Part shown: in pieces, positions 27,501 to 39,399 of the stretch
How positions within the stretch are numbered: position 1 is the stretch's first letter
Layout of the letters: every line of letters starts with the position of its first letter
Assembly (NCBI GenBank): GCA_964016885.1
Contig: OZ024740.1
Location: forward strand, 69,688,001 to 69,752,000
Length of the DNA: 64,000 nt
Source: Eledone cirrhosa
Lineage: Eukaryota
Direction of reading: 5' to 3'
The notes under the pieces: model-generated
What the model was told of the DNA's origin: nothing
Seen by the model: the letters and a program-made list of their open reading frames with translations, nothing else
Database searches by the model: none
Program-made: the position numbers and the translations under genes

Positions 27501-27840
27501 TGAGGATGGCTCTGAACATTAATCAGTATACACTGAGGATGAAAAACTCAGAGCTGTATGGGAGCATTCCAAAAGTCAGCTCAAAAGTGACACAGAGGAG
27601 ACTGAGGTTGGCTGGACATGCTCACCGACATCCAGAGTTGACATTGCACTCAGTGCTCCTTTGGGAGCCCCTACATGGACACACTAGAAGAGGAAGACCA
27701 AGGTTAACATATGTTGATGCCCTAAGGACAGACACTGGTCTGTTGGAGATGCAGGATATGGCAGCGATAATGAGGGACAGAGACCGCTGGAGAGAACTCG
27801 TCCATGGATCTCGGGAATTTTACCCGCCTTAGATATATAT
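24600..27840 (+). mobile_element. Apparently full-length single-ORF RTE-group LINE inserted in (TA)n
   Basis: Short GC-richer 5' UTR follows (AT)n at 24586-24598, and the stop codon runs directly into AT repeats. Confidence 0.85.
24698..27832 (+). CDS. Intact APE endonuclease-reverse transcriptase ORF (1044 aa) of an RTE-group LINE; first ATG at ~24737
   Basis: APE motifs GTLNVRT, IQEH, AYSPT, GDFNAH, IDFIL, SDH; RT motifs NYRGISL, QNGFR, FIDFRKAFDSV, GVLQGDTLAPYLF, FADD, FLYLG; C-terminal RGRP..DR..W. No stops. Confidence 0.93.
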   Translation: MAPVRYCQPLKRNMESRSNSTRVRAPNYTVKEQPGRYDSAGLEPQRGPVDDGSAVSETNIKNAVLSCRRAIKMGTLNVRTIRTLEKREELGHLFEESGIQILAIQEHRILHDEPVRSVMIGRKSQLITTSAVKNTTNAAVGGVGFVFSAKTNLLVREIMPISPRVLRVTFNGNPRLTVISAYSPTEGDSDVNAEEFHEEVCGALNTTQAHNILLVLGDFNAHLSKEGSEDPCWYFHNNTNRNGRLLRDTLLEANLMATNLRFRKNLGKMWTYISDMHLSKSQIDFILVRKKWRNSVLNTEPYSYFSTLGSDHRLVMSEVRVSLRKSKAQPRRTIYDWGAFKEDDKLQERFTVEVRNRFSALCGESEEREIGWTEESVTRRYGHFTNAVAKASETLVPRKKNKGKHVSSATPKVCAAREHLKAARDQFYADPTEERMETVEVMREELCTAYTEVREEALIEKIRSVEREVDRSGCKESWMIINEITERKKRCSSQIQGTGPEDRKRKWLDHFRTLLGEPPSTAQSSGEIRRLFEELDVETEPFTREELQRAKKKIKEGKAHGEDGVASEVMERCDFDDIILGFCNGALEKGIAPNQWRISNIVPVPKKGDLSNTNNYRGISLTSLVAKTLNRMILNRIQPEMEKKLRDNQNGFREGRSTTSHILMLRRILEGARAKCLPAVMVFIDFRKAFDSVDRYCLMKILQAYGIPKRIVDLISLLYTNTKAQVITPDGMTEFFEILAGVLQGDTLAPYLFIIVVDYCMRLALEKYQDTGFTVAPAQSRRVGAKKVSDAEFADDIVLVKNTVKEAEDLMREVETVSMSVGLRMNETKTKYLVENVEKPEGITNVGGKPLELVEDFLYLGAKIGNTEDDVLWRKSKAWAACHSLRSVWKSDLRRDLKIRLFIAVVESVLLYGSETWTLTKRLTQMVDGCYTRMLRMALNINQYTLRMKNSELYGSIPKVSSKVTQRRLRLAGHAHRHPELTLHSVLLWEPLHGHTRRGRPRLTYVDALRTDTGLLEMQDMAAIMRDRDRWRELVHGSREFYPP

Positions 27841-27887
27841 ATTATATATAAATATATGAAAAGATGGCGTGCTGCGTATATATATAT

Positions 27888-28045
27888 AGTAATAAAAATA
27901 AATGTGAAGACTAAAATCCAAAGAGGGCTCGATAAGGATAAATATATATCAAGTATATAAGAACCCTATAGCAAATGTATTTTTAGTTTAGAAGATCCCG
28001 TTAAGGATGAAAGCACCGATTCTTTGCTTAAACTTTAATCTGTTA

Positions 28046-28077
<32 letters not shown>

Positions 28078-28120
28078 GTAACAATGTTAAATTTGAAGAT
28101 TAAAATCTAAAGAGGGCTTT
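27888..28120. mobile_element. Fold-back element family A, copy 3 (rearranged)
   Basis: 27888-27978 is the reverse complement of the family 3' part, 27980-28052 is the forward hammerhead-like part, and 28078-28120 is another inverted piece. Confidence 0.6.
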
Positions 28121-28270
28121 ATATTAATATATATATATATATATATGCAAAGTTTTATTTAAATTGTTGGGTTACAACGAGTAAATATTTATAACTGATA
28201 TAAAAGCACTCAACAAGTATTTGGAGTATATTTACGATATTAAATAAATGGAAACTATATTTATAAAACC

Positions 28271-28347
28271 ATATTTATTTCATTATATATATTTCAGGGA
28301 TATCATATTAAAAATATGTTATGCCTTCTTCAGACAAAATACAATAT
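28271..28347 (-). ncRNA. Type I hammerhead ribozyme in the PLE pLTR
   Basis: Reverse complement of 35052-35128. Confidence 0.75.
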
Positions 28348-29712
28348 AAACAGTCTTATAAATAGATAGATTCGACATACCTTTCAACTTCAACATCCAT
28401 TTAAAAAGTTGATTTGGTAGTGAAAAATATTAGGGACAGTTATAAAAAGAAAGAAAGAAAAAACGAAGAAAAAGAAGAAATGCATGCAACTAAATAGAGC
28501 GAGATAGATATAGAGAAATAGATAGAGAGAAGAAATTCATGTAAAGAAACAGAGAGAGATATATAGAGAGAGGAAAAAAAACAGAGGGAGATAGATAGAG
28601 AGAGAGAGAGAGAAGAGAGAGAGAGAAAGAAAATATAGAGAGATAGATATAGATAGAGATAGAGAGAAAGAAAATAGGTAGTTGGGCACCAGTTGAATGA
28701 CGTATCAATGATATATTTATTTATTTATTTATTTATTTATTTAGCTCTAGTATTAATGTAGAGAGAGATATATGCGGTTAGGAGAGAAAACAGCCGTTAC
28801 ATAGTGAGAAAAGAAAAATATCCAGACATAAACGAGGCAGATTTAAAACACTGTTTCATCAATGTAAAAATATCAATTCGTATAAATCAGGCATTATAAT
28901 GTAAATATCAGTATTCATGAATGAGACTCGTATCAATAATGTGTGACAAATAATGATCATATGTCTATTTAAACATTCCTAGGTTTATATCAGAGTTGAG
29001 ATCAAATAGAAGGTTATCCCAGATTCGATACTATAGACATCCATGTGAATTTACGTGATCAACTCTGCAAATTCCTATTTCACACGAAAACATTCTCATT
29101 GTGCTATAAACATTCTAGTATACATATATGTGTACATACACACAAATATATATAGAGTCTACATTAATTTTAACAATACTATTCTTGTCTTTACTCTACA
29201 TGATTATCGTTTAAGCATAAATAGAGAACAGATATCAATATATCAATAAAAATATCAGAAATAAAAATAAAAATAAAAAAACAAAAAACAAAAAAATAAA
29301 AAAAATATTAAAAATAAAAATATTAAAAATATTAAAAATAAAAATAAAAATTAAAAATAAAAATAAAACATAGTATGCCCCGCAAATCAACCACAGAGAT
29401 CAACCCTTCCAAGTTAATTGACAATATATTGCCAAGTTCGTTATAAGCATCAGAATCAAAAGCAAACAAAACCAAAATTATTTACCAAATCCTGTCTAGT
29501 AGAAATCATTCCAAAAGTTTAGGATACCCATTTGATCTACAGATGGTCTTATATTTAATATAGAAGTTTATCTAGTGTAAAATTTATTCGGTATATTTGG
29601 AGCATCAGCTTTTAGGGTAGTTTAATTATTCATGAAGAATGTTTAAAATAAAAAAGAAATCGAAAGATTTATCGGCGAGTTTCATAAATAATTATAAATC
29701 AAATTAAATATA

Positions 29713-31944
29713 CTACATTTTAAATTTATATTTATATTTAAAAGTTGAGTTCAATCTATGTCTGCAGCAACTGAATAAATTTGTCCGTAAATTAAGGGAA
29801 TTTTTAGATTTTAGTATAAAGAATATCTCCTCCGCGCAGAGGTCACATATCTCAGAGGATGAATTAAAAGGAATCCCTCTTGAGACTATATTCCAAGCCG
29901 TCGAATATCCAACGTTATCATGCTTAAGTTGCCAGAGTAAGCCTGATAGTGATGTTGAAGATTTTTTGCTTGGATCTGTGAAAGAATTCTTGTGGTTATT
30001 ATAGCGAAGTTTAAATTCTGTCGAGGTGGAACCAACATAGTTAAAAGAATTTAAGTCCGTTTTAACATTACAGTTGTATATTATATTTTTAACTAAGCAA
30101 TTGTTATTTAACGGACATTTAGATCTATCTCTACAGTTACATTTGTTTACTTGGATATTATTTATGCTATTATCGGTATTTTGGCTAGGTTTTAAATTCC
30201 TATTATTTATTCTATTAATATTTTGTGCTAAATTTTTGGTGGATGATTAGGTTAATTTTATAGTATGTCTATTGAAAATTGAGTGATACCTATGTGTTCT
30301 AGGGAAGCGATTATCAAGAGCATTAAAAAATAGTTTAGCGATGTGGGTTTTAATGTTTAGTGAGAAGGGGGGGGGGGGGGGGGCAAACCATATTATATTC
30401 CTAGTTCTATTTCTTTTTTGGCTTTTTGAATTATTGTAATGCTTTCTATTATAGTTGTTAAAGTTGTTGCCGTAATTAAAATTGTTGTTTTTTTGGTTAG
30501 TTTGTCTATTATTATCTATGTACATAATTTTATCACTATATCCTGCTCTAGCTAACGCTTCATTGTAATACTGGGCTTTTTCGTCGAAAATCTTTTTATT
30601 AGATGAGATTCTAGAGATACGTTCTTGAACAGAGTTTACTATAGTATTTTTAACAGATCTGGGGTGGTTAGAGTTAAAGCTGACATAGTTTAAGTTTTCA
30701 TTCAACTTGTGAAATGGATAGTGAAGACATGTGTTGAGATTTAATGTTACATCTAGGAAATTGACTATTCTATGGTTATTCTCAATTTCTATTTTTAGAT
30801 TAAAGTAATTAAAAAAATGTGTAATTTGTTTTCTTTTCCTATTTAGTTTAGAGTTATTATTTTCAATAAGTAAAAGCATGTCATCTCTATATAAACCTCC
30901 GGTAGCACCGGGTATTTTCCTATCCAGCGAATTGATTAAAAATAGGCCCACAAGGTCAGTTACCTGAGCTGAGTCGGATGATCCCATAGTAATGTCGAAA
31001 TTGTTATCTCTATCTGCTCTGGTCCATAGTTGGTCATTAAATTCTATCAATGTTTTCCTAGCCGATAATATAATGTGCATTTTGTTGCTAGTTAGGTCTG
31101 TATGTTTGAATGCGTAATTTAGTGCCTTATTTAGTAGATTAGGGGTAATAGATGAATAATAGTTAGCAATATCTAGTTGAATAAACTTATTATTATTGTT
31201 ATATTTAATTTCATTAAACCACTCAACAACCTCTCTAGTTCCCTTCCACAAGCTCAAGTTAGGCAAACAAATCAAGTTTTTAATTTGCTGTATCACCCTG
31301 TCTAGAATGATTTTGCTTAGTTTACCCAGGTCCGATTTTGATGGTGCAATCAATCTGACTGGCAGGTCATTTTCAAAATTTCTTTTGTGATCTTTCATAT
31401 TGATCTTCGGTTTCCTGGGCATGAAAGGTTGTGTTCTGTTCTCAATTTCCAACTCATGCATTATACAAGATGCCTCAACATTCATTTTCTCAAGCTCGGC
31501 CTTATCTGCTACCTTGTACTTTTTCCTCAGTTCTTTCAGTATGAGGCCATTATACATGTCTTTTTACACTCCATAGAGGTTGTTGGTCTTGTCAGATTTC
31601 ACCAAGATCTTCTCAGTTTTCTCTAAGCTCTCAATATTATCCTTAATGCCTTTCAGATATTCCTAGCCTTTGAAGTTTCTCTTGAATTTGACTCCTTGTA
31701 TGATAGAAATTATATCGTCTTCAAAGTCAAATAAAAGTTTGTTGGGGGGTGGATTTCTTTTAGATTTGAAAACTTTGTCTAAGTCCGAGACATTTTCATT
31801 TATATTAGATTTATCAAAGTGGAATGCCCGCCACCCGATTCTCCTTATAGAAGAGTCAGATTTATCTATTAATTGTTTAATAAAGTCTTTGTTTCTAGGT
31901 AGAGGTATGTCTTTTAAAGAGGAAGAAATCTTAAAGAATTCCAT
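29713..31944 (-). pseudogene. Penelope-like RT-GIY-YIG polyprotein with three in-frame stops
   Basis: SSLKDIPLP N-terminus, SDKTNNLY, PVRLIAP, LDIANYY, ITMGS, YRDD, FLDV, WFAPP, CNC..CPL..C, IIY..YVG..RY..H, CD(I)LC.EE, LN.R..CRH. Stops at 31663 (TAG), ~31565 (TAA) and 30247 (TAA). Confidence 0.88.
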
Positions 31945-32354
31945 TTTTTCAGTTATAATATAAAGCGCTCAACAGTATTGGAGCAAGATATATGCAAAGT
32001 TTTATTTAAATTGTTGGGTTACAACGAGTAAATATTTATAACTGATATAAAAGCACTCAACAAGTATTTGGAGTATATTTACGATATTAAATAAAAGGAA
32101 ACTATATTTATAAAACAATATTTATTTCATTATATATATTTCAGGGATATCATATTAAAAATTGTCAATTAACTTTGAAGGGTTGATCTCTGTGGTTGAT
32201 TTTCGGGGCATACTATGTTTTAAAAATATTAAAAATAAAAATAAAAATTAAAAATAAAAATAAAACATAGTATGCCCCGAAAATCAACCACAGAGATCAA
32301 CCCTTAAAAGTTATATTATATTGCACATTATAATATAACTTTGCACATTATATT

Positions 32355-33715
32355 GCACATTATATTATCGGCTAGGAAAACATTGATAGAATTTAATGAC
32401 CAACTATGGACCAGAGCAGATAGAGATAACAATTTCGACATTACTATGGGATCATCCGACTCAGCTCAGGTAACTGACCTTGTGGGCCTATTTTTAATCA
32501 ATTCGCTGCATAGGAAAATACCCGGTGCTACCGGAGGTTTATATAGAGATGACATGCTTTTACTTATTGAAGATAATATCTCTGAACTAAATAGGAAAAG
32601 AAAACAAATTACACAATTTTTTAATTACTTTAATCTAAAAATAGAAATTGAGAATAACCATAGAATAGTCAATTTCCTAGATGTAACATTAAATCTCAAC
32701 ACATGTCTTCACTATCCATTTCACAAGTTGAATGAAAACTTAAACTATGTCAGCTTTAACTCTAACCACCCCAGATCTGTTAAAAATACTATAGTAAACT
32801 CTGTTCAAAAACGTATCTCTAGAATCTCATCTAATAAAAAGATTTTCGACGAAAAAGCCCAGTATTACAATGAAGCGTTAGCTAGAGCAGGATATAGTGA
32901 TAAAATTATGTACATAGATAATAATAGACAAACTAACCAAAAAAACAACAATTTTAATTACGGCAACAACTTTAACAACTATAATAGAAAGCATTACAAT
33001 AATTCAAAAAGCCAAAAAAGAAATAGAACTAGGAATATAATATGGTTTGCCCCCCCCCCCTTTCTCACTAAACATTAAAACCCACATCGCTAAACTATTT
33101 TTTAATGCTCTTGATAATCGCTTCCCTAGAACACATAGGTATCACTCAATTTTCAATAGACATACTATAAAATTAACCTACTCATCCACCAAAAATTTAG
33201 CACAAAATATTAATAGAATAAATAATAGGAATTTAAAACCTAGCCAAAATACCGATAATAGCATAAATAATATCCAAGTAAACAAATGTAACTGTAGAGA
33301 TAGATCTAAATGTCCGTTAAATAACAATTGCTTAGTTAAAAATATAATATACAACTGTAATGTTAAAACGGACTTAAATTCTTTTAACTATGTTGGTTCC
33401 ACCTCGACAGAATTTAAACTTCGCTATAATAACCACAAGAATTCTTTCACAGATCCAAGCAAAAAATCTTCAACATCACTATCAGGCTTACTCTGGCAAC
33501 TTAAGCATGATAACGTTGGATATTCGACGGCTTGGAATATAGTCTCAAGAGGGATTCCTTTTAATTCATCCTCTGAGACATGTGACCTCTGCGCGGAGGA
33601 GATATTCTTTATACTAAAATCTAAAAATTCCCTTAATTTACGGACAAATTTATTCAGTTGCTGCAGACATAGATTGAACTCAACTTTTAAATATAAATAT
33701 AAATTTAAAATGTAG
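32355..33715 (+). pseudogene. 5'-truncated second copy of the Penelope-like ORF (RT C-terminal half plus GIY-YIG), frameshifted at a poly-C run
   Basis: ORFs 32341-33078 and 33047-33715 are nearly identical to the minus-strand copy. Confidence 0.88.
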
Positions 33716-35051
33716 TATATTTAATTTGATTTATAATTATTTATGAAACTCGCCGATAAATCTTTCGATTTCTTTTTTATTTTAAACATTCTTCATGAAT
33801 AATTAAACTACCCTAAAAGCTGATGCTCCAAATATACCGAATAAATTTTACACTAGATAAACTTCTATATTAAATATAAGACCATCTGTAGATCAAATGG
33901 GTATCCTAAACTTTTGGAATGATTTCTACTAGACAGGATTTGGTAAATAATTTTGGTTTTGTTTGCTTTTGATTCTGATGCTTATAACGAACTTGGCAAT
34001 ATATTGTCAATTAACTTGGAAGGGTTGATCTCTGTGGTTGATTTGCGGGGCATACTATGTTTTATTTTTATTTTTAATTTTTATTTTTATTTTTAATATT
34101 TTTAATATTTTTATTTTTAATATTTTTTTATTTTTTTGTTTTTGTTTTTTTATTTTTATTTTTACTTCTGATATTTTTATTGATATATTGATATCTGTTC
34201 TCTATTTATGCTTGAACGATAATCATGTAGAGTAAAGACAAGAATAGTATTGTTAAAATTAATGTAGACTCTATATATATTTGTGTGTATGTACACATAT
34301 ATGTATACTAGAATGTTTATAGCACAATGAGAATGTTTTCGTGTGAAATAGGAATTTGCAGAGTTGATCACGTAAATTCACATGGATGTCTATAGTATCG
34401 AATCTGGGATAACCTTCTATTTGATCTCAACTCTGATATAAACCTAGGAATGTTTAAATAGACATATGATCATTATTTGTCACACATTATTGATACGAGT
34501 CTCATTCATGAATACTGATATTTACATTATAATGCCTGATTTATACGAATTGATATTTTTACATTGATGAAACAGTGTTTTAAATCTGCCTCGTTTATGT
34601 CTGGATATTTTTCTTTTCTCTCTATGTAACGGCTGTTTTCTCTCCTAACCGCATATATCTCTCTCTACATTAATACTAGAGCTAAATAAATAAATAAATA
34701 AATAAATATATCATTGATACGTCATTCAACTGGTGCCCAACTACCTATTTTCTTTCTCTCTATCTCTATCTATATCTATCTATATTTTCTCTCTCTCTCT
34801 CTATCTATATCCCTCTGTTTTTTTTCCTCTCTCTATATATCTCTCTCTGTTTCTTTACATGAATTTCTTCTCTCTATCTATTTCTCTATATCTATCTCTC
34901 TCTATTTAGTTGCATGCATTTCTTCTTTTTCTTCGTTTTTTCTTTCTTTCTTTTTATAACTGTCCCTAATATTTTTCACTACCAAATCAACTTTTTAAAT
35001 GGATGTTGAAGTTGAAAGGTATGTCGAATCTATCTATTTACAAGACTGTTT

Positions 35052-35128
35052 ATATTGTATTTTGTCTGAAGAAGGCATAACATATTTTTAATATGATATC
35101 CCTGAAATATATATAATGAAATAAATAT
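35052..35128 (+). ncRNA. Type I hammerhead ribozyme in the PLE pLTR
   Basis: ATATTGTATTTTGT-CTGAAGA-AGG(hairpin CATATT..AATATG)CCT-GAAA-TATATA-TA-ATGAAATAAATAT: intact core, palindromic stem III and pairing stem I. Confidence 0.78.
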
Positions 35129-35163
35129 GGTTTTATAAATATAGTTTCCATTTATTTAATATC

Positions 35164-35234
<71 letters not shown>

Positions 35235-35241
<7 letters not shown>

Positions 35242-35518
35242 GTGAGGTTTTTTTTACAAAATGAAAAATAACCGAGGTGTCCTACACGAGTGAAAGTATA
35301 AAGAAAAAGAGATGAAATCGAAAATGCAACTGGAGTCTTATTTTTTTTTAAATATATATATTTATTTGGTTCCTTTACCGGTTTGGCAGTTCTTCTGCTT
35401 TTCAAAAGGTGAGTTGAGATGGAGGATCTGTGGTTTTTCTCACATCTGGAACCAAATAAATATATATATTTTTTTTAAAAATAAGACTCCAGTTGCATTT
35501 TCGATTTCATCTCTTTTT

Positions 35519-35524
<6 letters not shown>
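35235..35524. repeat. Fold-back element with ~76 bp inverted arms in (TA)n
   Basis: 35298-35373 is reverse-complementary to 35448-35524. Confidence 0.8.
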
Positions 35525-35589
<65 letters not shown>

Positions 35590-35596
<7 letters not shown>

Positions 35597-36437
35597 AGAT
35601 CAAAAGATGGTTAAAAGAGTACCAAGTATTTTATTATGCGCATTTCAAAAACAAATATCATCATGGGATGATATCTGCGTTCTCATCAGATAAAATAGGG
35701 AGACATGATATGAAGCTTAAAAAACACTTGTGAATGGTGAAGTTTTAAATCAACATATGAAAAATAAATTAAGATTGATGTATGATATTGGGAAAAAGTG
35801 AGTGGGGGTGGAAAAGGTAAACTTAAACCCTAACTAATTCCTCTAAATTCATAACTCATTCATTCTTCTCCTTCTTTTCACATTATATCCTTAATAACAT
35901 TAATATTTTTATTTTAATAATACATATTAATAATTTTTTTTCCTCGCACATATTATTAAACCCTTCAATATACAAACCTTAATTTAATATTATTCTTAAT
36001 TCCCTTATCTTCATGCATAAATCTCATTAACTTTTAATTTCAAATTCTTTTAAATTATCTATTATCTTCCAACGGCTTTTTAATTTCTCTCTGTGAGACA
36101 ATATATATTTTTTTCTCAGTTGTAAAGGCTATCTCTCTCTCTCTCTATCACCCATCTCACCTCTTCTCTCATCCTTCCTTCTTATACTCCTCCCCCACCA
36201 TTCTTTACTCTCATCTCTTCCTCTTCCTTACCTTTCCCCCCCCCCCTCACTTTTTCCCAATCTCATACATCAATCTTAATTTATTTTTCATATGTTGATT
36301 TAAAACTTCACTATTCACAAGTGTTTTTTAAGCTTCATATGATGTCTCCCTATTTTAATCATCCCATGATGATATTTGTTTTTGAAATGCGCATAATAAA
36401 ATACTTGAAACTCTTTTAACCATCTTTTGATCTTATA
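35590..36437. mobile_element. Fold-back element with ~200-220 bp inverted arms (probable mini-PLE)
   Basis: 35590-35810 is reverse-complementary to 36240-36437 and contains a hammerhead. Confidence 0.75.
35627..35697 (-). ncRNA. Type I hammerhead ribozyme
   Basis: TATTTTAT-CTGATGA-GAACGCAGATATCATC CCAT GATGATATTTGTTTTT-GAAA-TGCGCA-TA-ATAAAATA: perfect 8 bp stem I, long stem II, palindromic stem III. Confidence 0.85.
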
Positions 36438-37134
36438 TTATTTATACTCCAGTCCTACAAACTGTAGAGTGCTACATAACCGATATTTGCATTGCTTTAT
36501 TCTGCTACAATAAAACTCACCTCCTACATATATATATATATATATATACATGTGTGTGTGTCTAATATATTTCTTCACTGAACTGTATTGTTTCCTTTGT
36601 TGTTTCCGGGTACTTTTCACATATATATAGGTATATGTATATATATACGCGTGTGTCTATATCCCTTGCTATTGTACGGATGTTATCACACTTATATTAT
36701 TATCTATTAGGCCATATTCTTTTTCTCTATATCTCTAGATTTTGCTACCAGTTAGTCAAATATAAAGATGTTTTTGCCATTTAAAACTTAGCATTTGTTT
36801 TTAACCGGCTATTAAGGTACGTTAATTTCCATTCACCATGTAATGTTTGTGATATAAGGATGTATTTTTATTAGCATAGCACGTTTATATATTTCATGAA
36901 ATCTCTGATAATACAAGAAAAACGGTATTAATGTTTAATACCAAGTTCCCAAGCCAATGCCCCTGTTATATGATAGACACATCTATATTCGAATAATTGA
37001 GCTTCTGCAAAGTTTTTCACAATTTTTATTAATCCCTTATATTTTTTTTCTTCTCGTCCTTCCAGAATCATGTCTCAAATTTTTCATCTTGGCTATTCGT
37101 CCATTATAATACAGACACAGACGCACACATGCAC

Positions 37135-37171
<37 letters not shown>

Positions 37172-37570
37172 GAGTGTGTATGTATGTATGTATGTATGTA
37201 TATCATCAAACACGAAGCAACTCAGATTTACGCCAGGATAGAAAAAGGAACCTTACTAGGTGTGCTATAACGTTATCACCATAGAGATCTTTCGAATTAA
37301 ATTCTTTACCATTTAAAATTGTATCTTGCTGGCGTTCGTTAATGGTGGATGTCACTGTACAGAAGAATTAAATGTTATAAGAAAGAATAAGCCAAAACGA
37401 AAAAGAAAGATAAAAATATATGCGAGAAAAATAAAGGTTGTTTGCCCTCATCATAGGTGTTTAAAAATTTTTTTTTTTTCGAATACGTGGGAATGTGTGT
37501 TTACTTATACATATATATATATATATATATATATGTGTGGGGGGGGGGGGGCATATCTATATAATTATAC

Positions 37571-37635
<65 letters not shown>

Positions 37636-37877
37636 CACACACACATATACATGTATACACACAAACACACACGCACTCACATATGTATATATACATATAT
37701 ATGTTCTTATATATTTGAGTGTATGGATGTGTATTTTATATGAGCCATTTAAAAGATAAAAAAGCTCACATATCATTCGTAATTGGTCTATTCAGAAATA
37801 TTCCCAATACTTTTAACGCGGTTTGATCGATATGGTTTCTTTTCCAGCAATTTGGAGAGAAGTGAAACTGAAAGAAC

Positions 37878-37930
<53 letters not shown>

Positions 37931-37961
37931 TGTGGGAAGGGGGGAGGCGCGTCTCTGTATA

Positions 37962-37989
<28 letters not shown>

Positions 37990-37993
<4 letters not shown>

Positions 37994-38109
37994 GTTTTTT
38001 TTTTTCACAGATATACATACATATAAATATATATATATATATTTATATATATAGATACATACACACTCACACACATATATATATATGTATAGAGATATAC
38101 ATATATATA

Positions 38110-38162
<53 letters not shown>

Positions 38163-38224
38163 ATATTTATATATATATATATATTTATATATATATTTAT
38201 AAATATATATATATTTATATATAT

Positions 38225-38261
<37 letters not shown>

Positions 38262-38401
38262 AATATATATATATAAATATATATTTTTTTTTTTTCACAG
38301 ATATACATACATATAAATATATATATATTTATATATATAGATACATACACACTCACACACATATATATATATGTATAGAGATATACATATATATATATTT
38401 A

Positions 38402-38434
<33 letters not shown>

Positions 38435-38487
38435 ATATTTATATATATATATATATTTATATATATATTTATAAATATATATATATT

Positions 38488-38525
<38 letters not shown>

Positions 38526-38553
38526 AATATATATATTTATATATATATATATT

Positions 38554-38586
<33 letters not shown>

Positions 38587-38587
38587 T

Positions 38588-38618
<31 letters not shown>

Positions 38619-38620
38619 AT
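37990..38620. repeat. AT-rich degenerate (TA)n region with ~290 bp tandem duplication
   Basis: TTTTTTCACAGATATACATAC...CACACTCACACAC..GTATAGAGATATAC occurs at ~38000 and ~38290. Confidence 0.8.
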
Positions 38621-38699
38621 TTATATATAAACAAGGTTTAGTAAATAATGAAAAAGTTTGAAAATAAATTTTAAAAAATTGACTTTACCTACTATAGTT

Positions 38700-38783
38700 A
38701 CCTTTACCGATCGGTTTCGAATCCCAAAAATAAAACGGAGACCATACGGCCTTCGTTGCAAAGAGAGATTCTCGTCAGAAGGT
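38700..38783 (-). ncRNA. Type I hammerhead ribozyme
   Basis: ACCTT-CTGACGA-GAATCTC...GGGATTC-GAAA-CCGATCGG-TA-AAGGT. Confidence 0.85.
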
Positions 38784-39315
38784 TCTTTTCATTCAAAGAA
38801 TATAAAATTCCTGAATTTAAATCACAGACTAGCGCTATCAAAAACTGTTCCTGGGATGAGAGTGGATGATGTAGAACAGGTTTATCAAGGGCCGTAGCAA
38901 AGATAGAGGCAAAAGGAGGTAGGTAAAGTCAATTTTTTTAAATTTATTTTGAAACTTTTTTCATTATTTACTAAACCTTGTTTATATTTGTTCTGGCTCG
39001 TTAATTTATTAACCCGCCATTGAACCACATTGGCACTTGGTTGGACAATACATGCGTACCTTGGCGCCTTGTGCGTGAAGGGACGTATTTCATATTACTA
39101 CTACCTCCACTAACGTTGAGAACAAACCGGGTCATTCCGACTGCTGCTGGCAACAGCGGTGGTTAGTTTGACCTACCTCCTTTTGCCTCTATCTTTGCTT
39201 GCTACGGCCCTTGATAAACCTGTTCTACATCATCCACTCTCATCCCAGGAACAGTTTTTGATAGCGCTAGTCTGTGATTTAAATTCAGGAATTTTATATT
39301 CTTTGAATGAAAAGA

Positions 39316-39399
39316 ACCTTCTGACGAGAATCTCTCTTTGCAACGAAGGCCGTATGGTCTCCGTTTTATTTTTGGGATTCGAAACCGATCGGTAATGGT
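39316..39399 (+). ncRNA. Type I hammerhead ribozyme (one stem I mismatch)
   Basis: ACCTT-CTGACGA-GAATCTC...GGGATTC-GAAA-CCGATCGG-TA-ATGGT. Confidence 0.82.

Larger units (their letters stand above)
28142..35165. mobile_element. Penelope-like element (probably Naiad clade): near-complete minus-strand copy plus an inverted 5'-truncated plus-strand copy
   Basis: RT plus GIY-YIG coding sequence; ~170 bp direct pLTR repeats at 28142-28315 and 31990-32160; 28233-31080 is the reverse complement of 32355-35165; (TA)n on both flanks. Confidence 0.9.

Noticed and set aside
29713-33715. Selenoprotein-type Naiad (UGA read-through)
   Set aside because: The in-frame stops found are TAG/TAA and the conserved cysteines are normal Cys codons
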